From Actinomycetota bacterium (lineage in GTDB: Bacteria; Actinomycetota; UBA4738; JACQTL01): a DNA stretch of 64,000 nucleotides. The stretch lies in contig JBHELK010000119.1 of assembly GCA_046263085.1 (NCBI GenBank), positions 18,109 through 82,108 of the forward strand, in the 5' to 3' direction. Below the pieces are notes generated by a model. It was not told where the DNA came from and did no database searches. It saw only the letters and a list, made by a program, of their open reading frames with translations. The first letter of the stretch is position 1; the number at the start of each line of letters is the position of its first letter. Both the position numbers and the translations under genes were made by a program. Below are positions 1 through 8,156 of this stretch, in pieces.

Positions 1-3000
1 CTTCCGCGCCACCTTCTCGTCTCCGCGAGCCGTGGCCAGTGAGGCCTCGGCCAGCCACACGGCCGCGAGCGCGTAGGCGTCCTCGTCCGGGATCGAGGTC
101 CCTGCCGCGGCCAGGGCCTCCTCGGCCCGCCCCAGCTCCCCCAGCTCCACCAGCGCCCGCGTGAGATAGAGGTACACCTCGCCCACCATCCATCCCCCGG
201 TCTCCGTGGCGAGGGGCAGCACCTCGAGCAGGAGCCGCTCCGCCTCCTTGGGGTTGCCGCGCGCGAGCGCGTACTTCGCGAGCGCCCGCATGTTCTGCAC
301 CTCGAGGTGGCTATCGGACCCGCGCTCCCGCCACTCCAGGGCTCGCTGCGCCAGCCGTTCGGCCTCGTCGACGTCGCCCCGGTAGTACTTCACGAACCCG
401 AGCATCGAGATGCTCCGCGCCTCGTCGCGGTGGCTCCCCAGCTCGCCGGCCACTCGCACCGCCTCCGCGAACTCCCCCTCCGCCTCGGCGAGCTCGCCGA
501 CGTTGAAGAGCAGCGCGCCTAGGCGCATGTGTCCCTCGATGCGAAGCCCGCGATCCTCGATCTCGTCGGCGAGATGGAGCGCCGACCTCAGATGCTGCCG
601 GGCGGCGTCGTTGTCCCCCTCCGCCCAGGCCACGAGGGCCGCGAGCTCGAAGTGGGCTCTCACCTCGAGGCGCCGATCTCGCACGAGCGGCACGAGCGGC
701 TCCGCCTCACCCATCGATCGCTTCGCCTCTCCGTACCGCCCCTGCTGCCACTCCACGTACGTGAGCCAGAGCAGCGCGTCGCAGTGGATGTCGGGGTCGC
801 CCAGCGCCTCGGCCTTCGACGCCACCTCCGTGAGCTCGGTGCGGGCCTCGGTGAGGTCGCCCAGCGCCACGAGCGTGGCGCCGCGACGGAGCCGGAGCTC
901 GGTGGCGAGCTCCTGGTGTTCCGCGCCCACGACGTCGAGCGCCCTGGCGTAGAAGCGGTCGGCCTCGCGCACGCCCTCGCGTCGCTCCGCCTTCTGCGCC
1001 GCCCGCTTCAGGGCCTCCGCCGCCCGGCGCACCGGCGGCGTGATCGCCGTGCGCTTCAGCTGGCGCGCCAGGGAACACGACTCCTGCAGGTGATACGCCA
1101 CGATCTCGATGAACTCGTCGGCGGGGCCGGGGAGCGCGTCGATCCACTCCGCGCACCGGATGTGCAGCTCCGCCCGCTGCGCTTTGGGCAGGCGGCTGTA
1201 CGCCACGTCGCGGACCAGGGCGTGTTTGAAGGCGAACTCCCGCTCGCCGGCGACGCTCGATGACTCGTGCTCGTGCACGAAGTCCCGAACCTCGAGCGCC
1301 TCGAGACCGAGGTCGATGTCGTCGGCGGTCGACTCGAGATGGCGGATCGCTCCCGGCCAGAACACCTGCCCCACCACGGACGCGTGCAGCGCCAGTCGCC
1401 GCTCCGTGTCGTTCAGCTGGTCGAGCCGGGAGCCGAGGAGCGACTGCAGGCTCTGCGGCACGGGGACCACGCGCTCCGGTTCGCTCTCTCCGGCCAGGGC
1501 CGAATCGGCGAGCATCCGCACCGTCTCCTCGAGGAACAACGGGTTGCCGCCCGCCGCGTGCAGGAGGGCCGCGGCCTGCTCGTCGGAGAGCTCCACCATG
1601 CCCACGAGCTCCCCGAGCAGCGCCTTGCTCTCCTCGGCGGCCAGGGCCTCGAGCTCGATCACCCTGCGGTTCCAGCTCGCCGTCATGATGCCGGCGCCCG
1701 AGTCCTTGAGCTCCGGGCGGGCCGAGCCGAGGAGGAGCATCGGCGCATCGTCCGTGTCGAGCAGGTACGCGAGGAGCTCGAGGAGGGTCGGCTCCGCCCA
1801 GTGCAGGTCCTCGAAGACGAGCACGATCGGGTGCTGGCCCGAGAGGAGCTGGAACACGCGGCGAACGCCCCAGTGCAATTCGGCCTGGGTGATCTCGCCC
1901 ACGCTGTACGTGCCGCGCGGGGTCACCGGGACCTCGACGAGGATGGCCAGCGCCGAGGCCATGGTTCGCAGTTGATCGCGATCGTCGATCCCGAGACGTT
2001 CGAGGAACCCCCCGAGCTTCGAGGACATCGATGCCGGGTCGTCGGTGTGCAGGATGCCGGCCGCATCGCGAACCATCTCGATGAGCGGCCAGTACGTGAT
2101 GCCCTCGCCGTAGGAGAGGCACCGCCCCGTGTAGACGGACGCGGTGTCCTCGACCCGCGTGGCGAACTCGCCGAGCAGGCGGGACTTGCCGATGCCCGGG
2201 ATCCCCAGGAGCGTCGCCAGATACGGGCGGCGCTCCGTGAGCGCCCGCTCCCACAGCTCCCAGAGGCGGCCGAACTCCTGGCCTCGTCCGATGAGGGGCG
2301 CGCTCGTGGTGGCCTTCTCGGGCGGCGCGCCCTTCACCGCAACGGCCCGCCAGGCCGGCACCGGCTCCTCCTTGCCCTTCGCAGTGAGCGGCGGGACTGG
2401 CTCGAGGTCGATGGACCTCGCCACGGCCGCGAATGTGGGCTCGCCGATGAGCGTCTCTCCCTTGGCCGCCCCGGACTGGAGCCTGGCGGCGGTGTTCACC
2501 GTGTCGCCGAGCACCGTGTGCTGCCCGCCCGGCCCGACGGGGGCGTAGATCGTCTCTCCGGTGTTCACGCCGATGCGAAGCGGCAGGCCGGCGAACTTGT
2601 CGCGGTGCTCGCGAACGTACTGCTGCATGTCGATCGCCGCTCGCACCGCCCGTTCCGGGTCGTCCTCGTGGCTGTCGGGCGCACCGAACACCGCCATCAC
2701 GCAGTCGCCGATGATCTTGTCGACGGTGCCGCCGTAGCGGTGGACGATCTCGCCCAGCCGGCCGGCCGCCTCATCGGCCAGCTGCCGGACCTCCTCGGGG
2801 TCGCTCCGTTCGGAGAACGCGGTGAAGCCCGAGAGGTCCGCGAACAGCACCGTGACCAACCGGCGCTCCTCGGTGGCCGACTGACCGGGATCGGATTCGG
2901 TCACCACCGGGCCGAGGGCGGTGCCGCAGTCCCCGCAGAACCGCTCGCCCGGCTCGTTCGGCGAGGTGCAGGCGGGGCAGGCGATGGACAGGGCCGCGCC

Positions 3001-3060
3001 GCAGCCCGCGCAGAACTTCCGCCCCTCGCGGTTCGTGGTCCCGCATCGGTTGCAGAGCAT
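1..3060 (-). CDS. Adenylate/guanylate cyclase domain protein with N-terminal double zinc ribbon, AAA/NB-ARC ATPase and TPR repeats (LAL-type large regulator). C-terminus lies beyond the window edge.
   Basis: Reverse-strand translation from the ATG at 3060-3058 gives MLCNRCGTTNREGRKFCAGCGAALSIACPACTSPNEPGERFCGDCG (zinc ribbons), then LVTVLFADLSGFTAFSE...GDCVMAVFGAP (class III cyclase homology domain). The EFAFKHALVRDVAY motif typical of LAL regulators follows, then TPR-like repeats through position 1. Frame was checked at 3060, 1620, 1260 and 189. An in-frame TGA lies upstream of the ATG. The gene is absent from the ORF track because its stop is outside the window. Confidence 0.75.
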   Translation of the reverse strand, partial: MLCNRCGTTNREGRKFCAGCGAALSIACPACTSPNEPGERFCGDCGTALGPVVTESDPGQSATEERRLVTVLFADLSGFTAFSERSDPEEVRQLADEAAGRLGEIVHRYGGTVDKIIGDCVMAVFGAPDSHEDDPERAVRAAIDMQQYVREHRDKFAGLPLRIGVNTGETIYAPVGPGGQHTVLGDTVNTAARLQSGAAKGETLIGEPTFAAVARSIDLEPVPPLTAKGKEEPVPAWRAVAVKGAPPEKATTSAPLIGRGQEFGRLWELWERALTERRPYLATLLGIPGIGKSRLLGEFATRVEDTASVYTGRCLSYGEGITYWPLIEMVRDAAGILHTDDPASMSSKLGGFLERLGIDDRDQLRTMASALAILVEVPVTPRGTYSVGEITQAELHWGVRRVFQLLSGQHPIVLVFEDLHWAEPTLLELLAYLLDTDDAPMLLLGSARPELKDSGAGIMTASWNRRVIELEALAAEESKALLGELVGMVELSDEQAAALLHAAGGNPLFLEETVRMLADSALAGESEPERVVPVPQSLQSLLGSRLDQLNDTERRLALHASVVGQVFWPGAIRHLESTADDIDLGLEALEVRDFVHEHESSSVAGEREFAFKHALVRDVAYSRLPKAQRAELHIRCAEWIDALPGPADEFIEIVAYHLQESCSLARQLKRTAITPPVRRAAEALKRAAQKAERREGVREADRFYARALDVVGAEHQELATELRLRRGATLVALGDLTEARTELTEVASKAEALGDPDIHCDALLWLTYVEWQQGRYGEAKRSMGEAEPLVPLVRDRRLEVRAHFELAALVAWAEGDNDAARQHLRSALHLADEIEDRGLRIEGHMRLGALLFNVGELAEAEGEFAEAVRVAGELGSHRDEARSISMLGFVKYYRGDVDEAERLAQRALEWRERGSDSHLEVQNMRALAKYALARGNPKEAERLLLEVLPLATETGGWMVGEVYLYLTRALVELGELGRAEEALAAAGTSIPDEDAYALAAVWLAEASLATARGDEKVARK

Positions 3061-3166
3061 GGTGGGTCGGTGCCGCCCTTCTCCGCCGGTGGGTGAAGGG
3101 TACCGGCCGGTTCACCTCCTCAGGAAGGGGTCCGCTCTTCTATCCTCGGGCCCAGGAGGGAGCGGG

Positions 3167-4840
3167 ATGTTCTCCAGGGTGCTCATCGCGAACCGGGGTG
3201 AGATCGCCGTGCGCGTCGCTCGGACGTGCCGGGAGCTCGGCGTGGGCACCATCGCCGTGTTCTCCGACGTCGACGAGAGGGCCCGCCACGTGACCGCCTG
3301 CGACGAGGCCGTACGGCTGCCGGGCGTGGCGCCGTCCGAGACCTACCTGAACCTCGACGCGGTCATCGCGGCCGCACGGTCCTCAGGCGCGCAGGCCGTC
3401 CACCCGGGCTACGGCTTCCTCTCCGAGCGAGCGGACGCTGCCCGGGCGGTGGCCGAGGCCGGGCTCGTGTGGGTGGGACCGCCGCCGGAAGCAACGGCCG
3501 CGGTCGGGGACAAGATCCATGCCCGCCGCCTGGCGGAGCAGGCCGGGGTGCCGGTCGTGCCGGGCACGGCCGAGCCCGTCGGCTCCGTCGAGGAGGTGCT
3601 CGCGTTCGGAGAGCTGCACGGCTACCCGGTCGCCATCAAGGCCTCCGGCGGGGGCGGGGGGCGGGGCTTCCGGGTGGTCATGACTCCCGGCGACGCGGAG
3701 GACGCCCTGGCGGCCGCGGCGAGGGAGGCAGAGGCCGCCTTCGGATCACCGGACGTCTATCTCGAGCGATACCTGAGCGCGCCGAAGCACGTCGAGGTGC
3801 AGATCCTCGGCACCGGGCCGGGTGACGTGCTGTGGCTCGGCGCCCGGGACTGCTCCCTGCAACGACGGCATCAGAAGTTGACCGAGGAGACGCCGCCGCC
3901 ACTGCACGCCGGCCTCGTGCCGGAGCTGGGCGAGGCTGCGGCCGCCGTGGCGAAGGCGTGCGGGTACGTCAACGCCGGGACGGTGGAGTTCCTCGTGGAC
4001 GAGGACGGCAGCTTCTTCTTCCTCGAGGTCAACGCGCGCCTGCAGGTGGAGCACACCATCACCGAGGAGGTGCTGGGCGTGGATCTCGTCGCGGCCCAGC
4101 TCCGCATCGCTGCCGGCGACGACCTCGATTTCGCCGGGCCGGACCTCGAGCCCCGCGGCCACGCGATCGAGTGCCGGATCAACGCCGAGGATCCGGCGCG
4201 CTCGTTCGCGCCCACCCCCGGCCGCATCACCGCCTACCGCGAGCCCGGCGGGCCGGGTGTTCGGGTCGACTCCGGGTACAACGAGGGCGACGAGGTTCCG
4301 GGGGCGTACGACAGCCTCATCGCCAAGCTCATCGTATGGGCCAGGACCCGCGAGGAGGCCCGGCTCCGTATGCTCCGCTCACTCGACGAGTTCGTGATCG
4401 AGGGCGTCGCCACCACGATCCCGGCGCACCGGGCGCTGCTGCGGCACCCCACGTTCGTGGACGGCTCGTACACGACCCGCACGGTCGAGGAAGGCGCGCT
4501 CGCATCCCTGGAACCGCCGGTCTCGGGCGAGCCCGACCGCCACGTCCTCGTCGTCGGCGGCAGGCCCGTGCGACTGTGGCATCCCGCCATCGGTGCGGCC
4601 GCCACGGGTGCCGCTCCGGCCGGTTCCGGCGGCGTGGTGGTCTCCCCCATGCACGGCACCGTCATCGACGTCCTGGTGAAGCAGGGGGACGAGGTCCGGC
4701 AGGGGGATCCGGTCGCCGTCCTGGAGACGATGAAGATGGAGACGCGCGTCGAGGCCGCCGTGGCCGGCACGGTGACATCGGTGAACATCGAGTCGGGCGC
4801 CGTCGTGGAGTCCGGCGAGGTCATCGCCACCATCTCCTGA
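3167..4840 (+). CDS. Acetyl/propionyl-CoA carboxylase alpha subunit (biotin carboxylase fused to a biotin carboxyl carrier domain)
   Basis: MFSRVLIANRGEIAVR biotin-carboxylase N-terminus and ATP-grasp region. The C-terminus carries the biotinyl-lysine motif AVLETMKME. A GGAGGGAGCGGG RBS precedes the ATG at 3167. The ORF-track start at 2921 overlaps the upstream divergent gene and was trimmed. Confidence 0.9.
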   Translation: MFSRVLIANRGEIAVRVARTCRELGVGTIAVFSDVDERARHVTACDEAVRLPGVAPSETYLNLDAVIAAARSSGAQAVHPGYGFLSERADAARAVAEAGLVWVGPPPEATAAVGDKIHARRLAEQAGVPVVPGTAEPVGSVEEVLAFGELHGYPVAIKASGGGGGRGFRVVMTPGDAEDALAAAAREAEAAFGSPDVYLERYLSAPKHVEVQILGTGPGDVLWLGARDCSLQRRHQKLTEETPPPLHAGLVPELGEAAAAVAKACGYVNAGTVEFLVDEDGSFFFLEVNARLQVEHTITEEVLGVDLVAAQLRIAAGDDLDFAGPDLEPRGHAIECRINAEDPARSFAPTPGRITAYREPGGPGVRVDSGYNEGDEVPGAYDSLIAKLIVWARTREEARLRMLRSLDEFVIEGVATTIPAHRALLRHPTFVDGSYTTRTVEEGALASLEPPVSGEPDRHVLVVGGRPVRLWHPAIGAAATGAAPAGSGGVVVSPMHGTVIDVLVKQGDEVRQGDPVAVLETMKMETRVEAAVAGTVTSVNIESGAVVESGEVIATIS

Positions 4841-4911
4841 CGCCCGAACAGCCTCCGTCCGCGGCATCATGGGGGGCACGCTCCCCACCAACGAGAACGA
4901 GAGGACCCGCC

Positions 4912-5691
4912 ATGGCCAGGGACCACATCCGAAGAGGCCGCGTCGTCACCCGCGCCACCACCGGGGTCACGGAGGACACGGCGTTCCTGCAGACGCCCGA
5001 CACCTCGTTCATCGACACCGATCCGTGGCGGGCGCTTCGCATCCTGTCGGAGTTCGTGGAGGGCTTCGACGCGCTGGCCGCCGCGCCGCCCGCGGTGTCC
5101 GTGTTCGGGTCGGCCCGCATCGGCCGGGACGATCCGATGTACGCCGCGTCGCGGGAGGTCGGCAAGCGGCTCGCCGAGGCCGGTTTCTCGGTCATCACCG
5201 GCGGCGGGCCCGGGGTCATGGAGGCGGCGAACCGCGGATGCGGCGAGGGCGGCGGCCTGTCGATCGGGTGCAACATCGAGCTGCCGCACGAGCAACGGCT
5301 GAACGAGTACGTGGACCTCGGCGTCGACTTCCGCTACTTCTTCGTTCGCAAGACGATGTTCGTGAAGTACGCCGAGGCGTTCGTGGTGTTCCCCGGCGGC
5401 TACGGCACGCTCGACGAGCTGTTCGAGGCGTTGACGCTGATCCAGACCGGCAAGGTGCAGCACTTCCCCGTCGCGCTCTACAGCGCCCGATACTGGGACG
5501 GCCTGATCGACTGGATGCGCGAACGGACGGTCACCGCCGGGATGATCGCCCCCGAGGACCTCGAGCTCTTCCGGACGTGCGAAGACCCGCAGGAGGTGGT
5601 GTCGTTCATCCAGGAGGTGCTCACGAGCGCCGAGCCCACCGACCCTCGGGCCGAGCCCCACGTGAAGGAGCACAAGGCCGACGCGCAGTGA
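4912..5691 (+). CDS. LOG family protein (TIGR00730 Rossmann-fold nucleotide-binding / cytokinin riboside 5'-monophosphate phosphoribohydrolase-like)
   Basis: VFGSARIGRDDPMYAASREVGKRLAEAGFSVITGGGPGVMEAANRG...PGGYGTLDELFEALTLIQTGK are hallmark LOG motifs. The start was chosen at the in-frame ATG with upstream GAGAGGA. Confidence 0.8.
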   Translation: MARDHIRRGRVVTRATTGVTEDTAFLQTPDTSFIDTDPWRALRILSEFVEGFDALAAAPPAVSVFGSARIGRDDPMYAASREVGKRLAEAGFSVITGGGPGVMEAANRGCGEGGGLSIGCNIELPHEQRLNEYVDLGVDFRYFFVRKTMFVKYAEAFVVFPGGYGTLDELFEALTLIQTGKVQHFPVALYSARYWDGLIDWMRERTVTAGMIAPEDLELFRTCEDPQEVVSFIQEVLTSAEPTDPRAEPHVKEHKADAQ

Positions 5692-5701
5692 GGCCGCCCC
5701 G

Positions 5702-6769
5702 ATGATCGACGTCACGACGCTCACCGACGGCGGCCAGCGCCCCGAGGACGTCGCGAGGAGGCTCGCCTCGTTCCTGGACGGCGCCGCCTCGTCGTTGGAC
5801 ATCGCGGTGTACGACGTCGCCCTGTCGCCGCCCGTTGCCGAGCCCGTGCTGACCTCGATCCGGGCGGCGGCCGGTCGGGGGGTGGCGATCCGCGTCGCGT
5901 ACAACGTGGACCACGATCGGCCGATCCCGGTCCCGCCCCCGCCGCGGCCGGACCCGTCCCTCATCGAGGCCTTCGGCGTCCCGTCGCGAGCGATCCCCGG
6001 CATCCCCGATCTCATGCACCACAAGTTCGTGGTGCGCGACGGCCGGGACGTATGGGCGGGGTCGACGAACTGGACCGACGACTCGTGGACCCGTGAGGAG
6101 AACCTCATCGTCACGCTGCGATCGGAGATCGTCGCCGGCGACTTCGCCCGCGACTTCGAGGACCTGTGGTCCACCGAGACCGTCCGGGGCAGCGGGGAGT
6201 TCGATCCGAAGCCGGACACCGTCGGTGGCTCGCGGGTGCAGCCGTGGTTCTCGCCGGGCCGGGGGCGACGGATCGCCCACCGCATCGCCGGCGCCATCGG
6301 CCGGGCGACCCGCCGGGTTCGGATCGCCTCGCCGGTCCTCACGTCAGGACCGATCCTCGGAACGCTGACGGAGGTGGTCACCACGCATCGCGTCGACGTC
6401 GCCGCGGTCGTCGACGGCACGCAGATGGCGCAGGTCCACCGCCAGTGGAGCGAGGACGACCACGCCGGCTGGAAGATCCCGGCCTTCGCGTGCGTCGTCC
6501 AGCACGCACCGATCGCCGGCAAGCGCTCGACGCCATGGGCTCCCGGTGCGATCCACGACTACATGCACGCGAAGGTCACCGTCGCCGACGACGTCGTGTT
6601 CGTCGGCAGCTACAACCTCTCGCACTCCGGGGAGGACAACGCGGAGAACGTGCTGGAGATCGAGGATGCCGCGCTCGCCGACCGCATGGCCGCTTTCATC
6701 GACGAGGTTCGCGGCCGCTATCCGCGCCTCACGTGGCCCCCGGGTATCCTCCCTGGTCATCCAGCGTAA
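5702..6769 (+). CDS. Phospholipase D-like protein with two HKD motifs (cardiolipin/phosphatidylserine synthase-like superfamily)
   Basis: Two HxK(x)4D motifs are present: HHKFVVRDGRDVWAGSTNWT and HAKVTVADDVVFVGSYNLS. Confidence 0.75.
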   Translation: MIDVTTLTDGGQRPEDVARRLASFLDGAASSLDIAVYDVALSPPVAEPVLTSIRAAAGRGVAIRVAYNVDHDRPIPVPPPPRPDPSLIEAFGVPSRAIPGIPDLMHHKFVVRDGRDVWAGSTNWTDDSWTREENLIVTLRSEIVAGDFARDFEDLWSTETVRGSGEFDPKPDTVGGSRVQPWFSPGRGRRIAHRIAGAIGRATRRVRIASPVLTSGPILGTLTEVVTTHRVDVAAVVDGTQMAQVHRQWSEDDHAGWKIPAFACVVQHAPIAGKRSTPWAPGAIHDYMHAKVTVADDVVFVGSYNLSHSGEDNAENVLEIEDAALADRMAAFIDEVRGRYPRLTWPPGILPGHPA

Positions 6770-6809
6770 TCAAGCCTCGACCACCCACCTCCCGAGGAGA
6801 GCCGCCGAC

Positions 6810-8156
6810 GTGAGCGAACTCGTGCACGAGATCCGGAACCGGGTCCGGGAGGACATGCCCCGGATCCGCGGCGATCTGGAGCGCCTCATCCGGATCCCGT
6901 CGGTGTCCGCTGAGGGGTTCGATGCCGCGCACGTTCGCGCGAGCGCGGACGCGACGGCTGAGCTCCTGCAGAACCGGGGCGTGGGCGGGGTGCGGCTCCT
7001 CGAGGTCGAGGGCAGCCACCCTGCGGTGTTCGGCGAGATCCCCGGGACCTCCGGGGCGCCGACCATCCTGCTCTACGCCCATCACGACGTGCAGCCGCCG
7101 GGCAACGTGTCGGCGTGGAACTCCGATCCGTTCGAGCCGACCGAGCGCGACGGGCGCCTGTACGCCCGGGGTTCCTGCGACGACAAGGCCGGGATCGCCG
7201 TGCACGCCGCCGCCGTCGCGGCATACGAGGGATCCCCGCCGATCGGGGTGAAGGTCTTCATCGAGGGCGAGGAGGAGATCGGTTCGGAGCACCTCTCCGG
7301 CTTCCTGGCGGAGCATGGGGCGCTGCTCGAGGCCGACACCCTCGTGCTGGCCGACTCGTCCAACTGGCGCATCGGCGTGCCGGCGCTCACGACGTCGCTC
7401 CGCGGTCTCGCGGACTGCGTGGTCGAGGTCCGCACGCTCGATCACGCCGTGCACAGCGGCATGTACGGCGGCCCCGCCCCGGACGCCCTCACCGCGTTGG
7501 CGAGACTTCTGGCCTCGCTGCACGACGACCGGGGCAGCGTCGCCGTCGCCGGCCTCTCGGCCGCGCCCGCCCGCGACGTGGATCTGCCCGAGGAGGACTA
7601 CCGCGCGGATGCCGGCGTGCTGGACGGCGTGCAGCTCGTCGGGGAGGGATCGATCACGGAGCGGATGTGGACCCGTCCGGCGCTCTCCGTGCTCGGGATC
7701 GACGCGCCGCGCGTGGCGGAGGCCGCGAACCAGCTCGTCCCGGTGGCCCGGGCCAAGGTCAGCTTGCGGATCCCTCCAGGCATCGAGGCCGCGAAGGCGC
7801 TCGACGCACTGACGGCGCACCTGGAGTCCAACGCGCCGTGGGGCGCGCGGGTCGTGGTGACGCAGGGGTCGACCGGCGAGCCGTTCGACGTGAATGCCGA
7901 CGGGGCCACCTACGACGCGGCACGCCGCGCGTTCCGGGACGCGTGGGATCACGAAGCCGTGGACATCGGGGTCGGAGGGACGATCCCGCTGGTGAAGGCC
8001 TTCGCCGACGCCTATCCCCGGGCCGCGCTCCTGCTCACGGGGGTGGAGGACCCGGACGGCCGCGCCCACGGGGAGAACGAGAGCCTGAACCTCGCGGAGT
8101 TCGAGCGGGCCTGCGTCGCCGAGGCCCTCCTCCTGTCCTACCTGGCTCCGTCCTAA
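6810..8156 (+). CDS. M20 family metallopeptidase/dipeptidase (ArgE/DapE/CPG2-like)
   Basis: LLYAHHDVQPPG...GSCDDKAGIA...EGEEEIGS are metal-binding motifs of the M20 family. GTG start at 6810 with a GAGGAGAG RBS. The ORF-track start at 6546 is inside the PLD gene. Confidence 0.8.
   Translation: MSELVHEIRNRVREDMPRIRGDLERLIRIPSVSAEGFDAAHVRASADATAELLQNRGVGGVRLLEVEGSHPAVFGEIPGTSGAPTILLYAHHDVQPPGNVSAWNSDPFEPTERDGRLYARGSCDDKAGIAVHAAAVAAYEGSPPIGVKVFIEGEEEIGSEHLSGFLAEHGALLEADTLVLADSSNWRIGVPALTTSLRGLADCVVEVRTLDHAVHSGMYGGPAPDALTALARLLASLHDDRGSVAVAGLSAAPARDVDLPEEDYRADAGVLDGVQLVGEGSITERMWTRPALSVLGIDAPRVAEAANQLVPVARAKVSLRIPPGIEAAKALDALTAHLESNAPWGARVVVTQGSTGEPFDVNADGATYDAARRAFRDAWDHEAVDIGVGGTIPLVKAFADAYPRAALLLTGVEDPDGRAHGENESLNLAEFERACVAEALLLSYLAPS

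Noticed and set aside
707-2254. 515 aa minus-strand ORF in a different frame
   Set aside because: It is an out-of-frame overlap of the real minus-strand gene. The composition is Arg/Gly/Pro-rich and typical of wrong-frame ORFs in high-GC DNA.
529-3096. Long plus-strand ORFs (529-1263, 1267-3096, 410-952) over the first 3 kb
   Set aside because: They are antisense shadows of the minus-strand cyclase/LAL gene. Their translations are Arg/Gly/Glu-rich low-complexity sequences with no family resemblance. The minus-strand frame gives clean cyclase, AAA and TPR motifs.
3832-5691. 619 aa plus-strand ORF spanning the accA 3' half and the LOG gene
   Set aside because: Only the last 259 codons (from the ATG at 4912) encode the LOG protein. 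The upstream part is a frame shadow over accA with Arg-rich composition.
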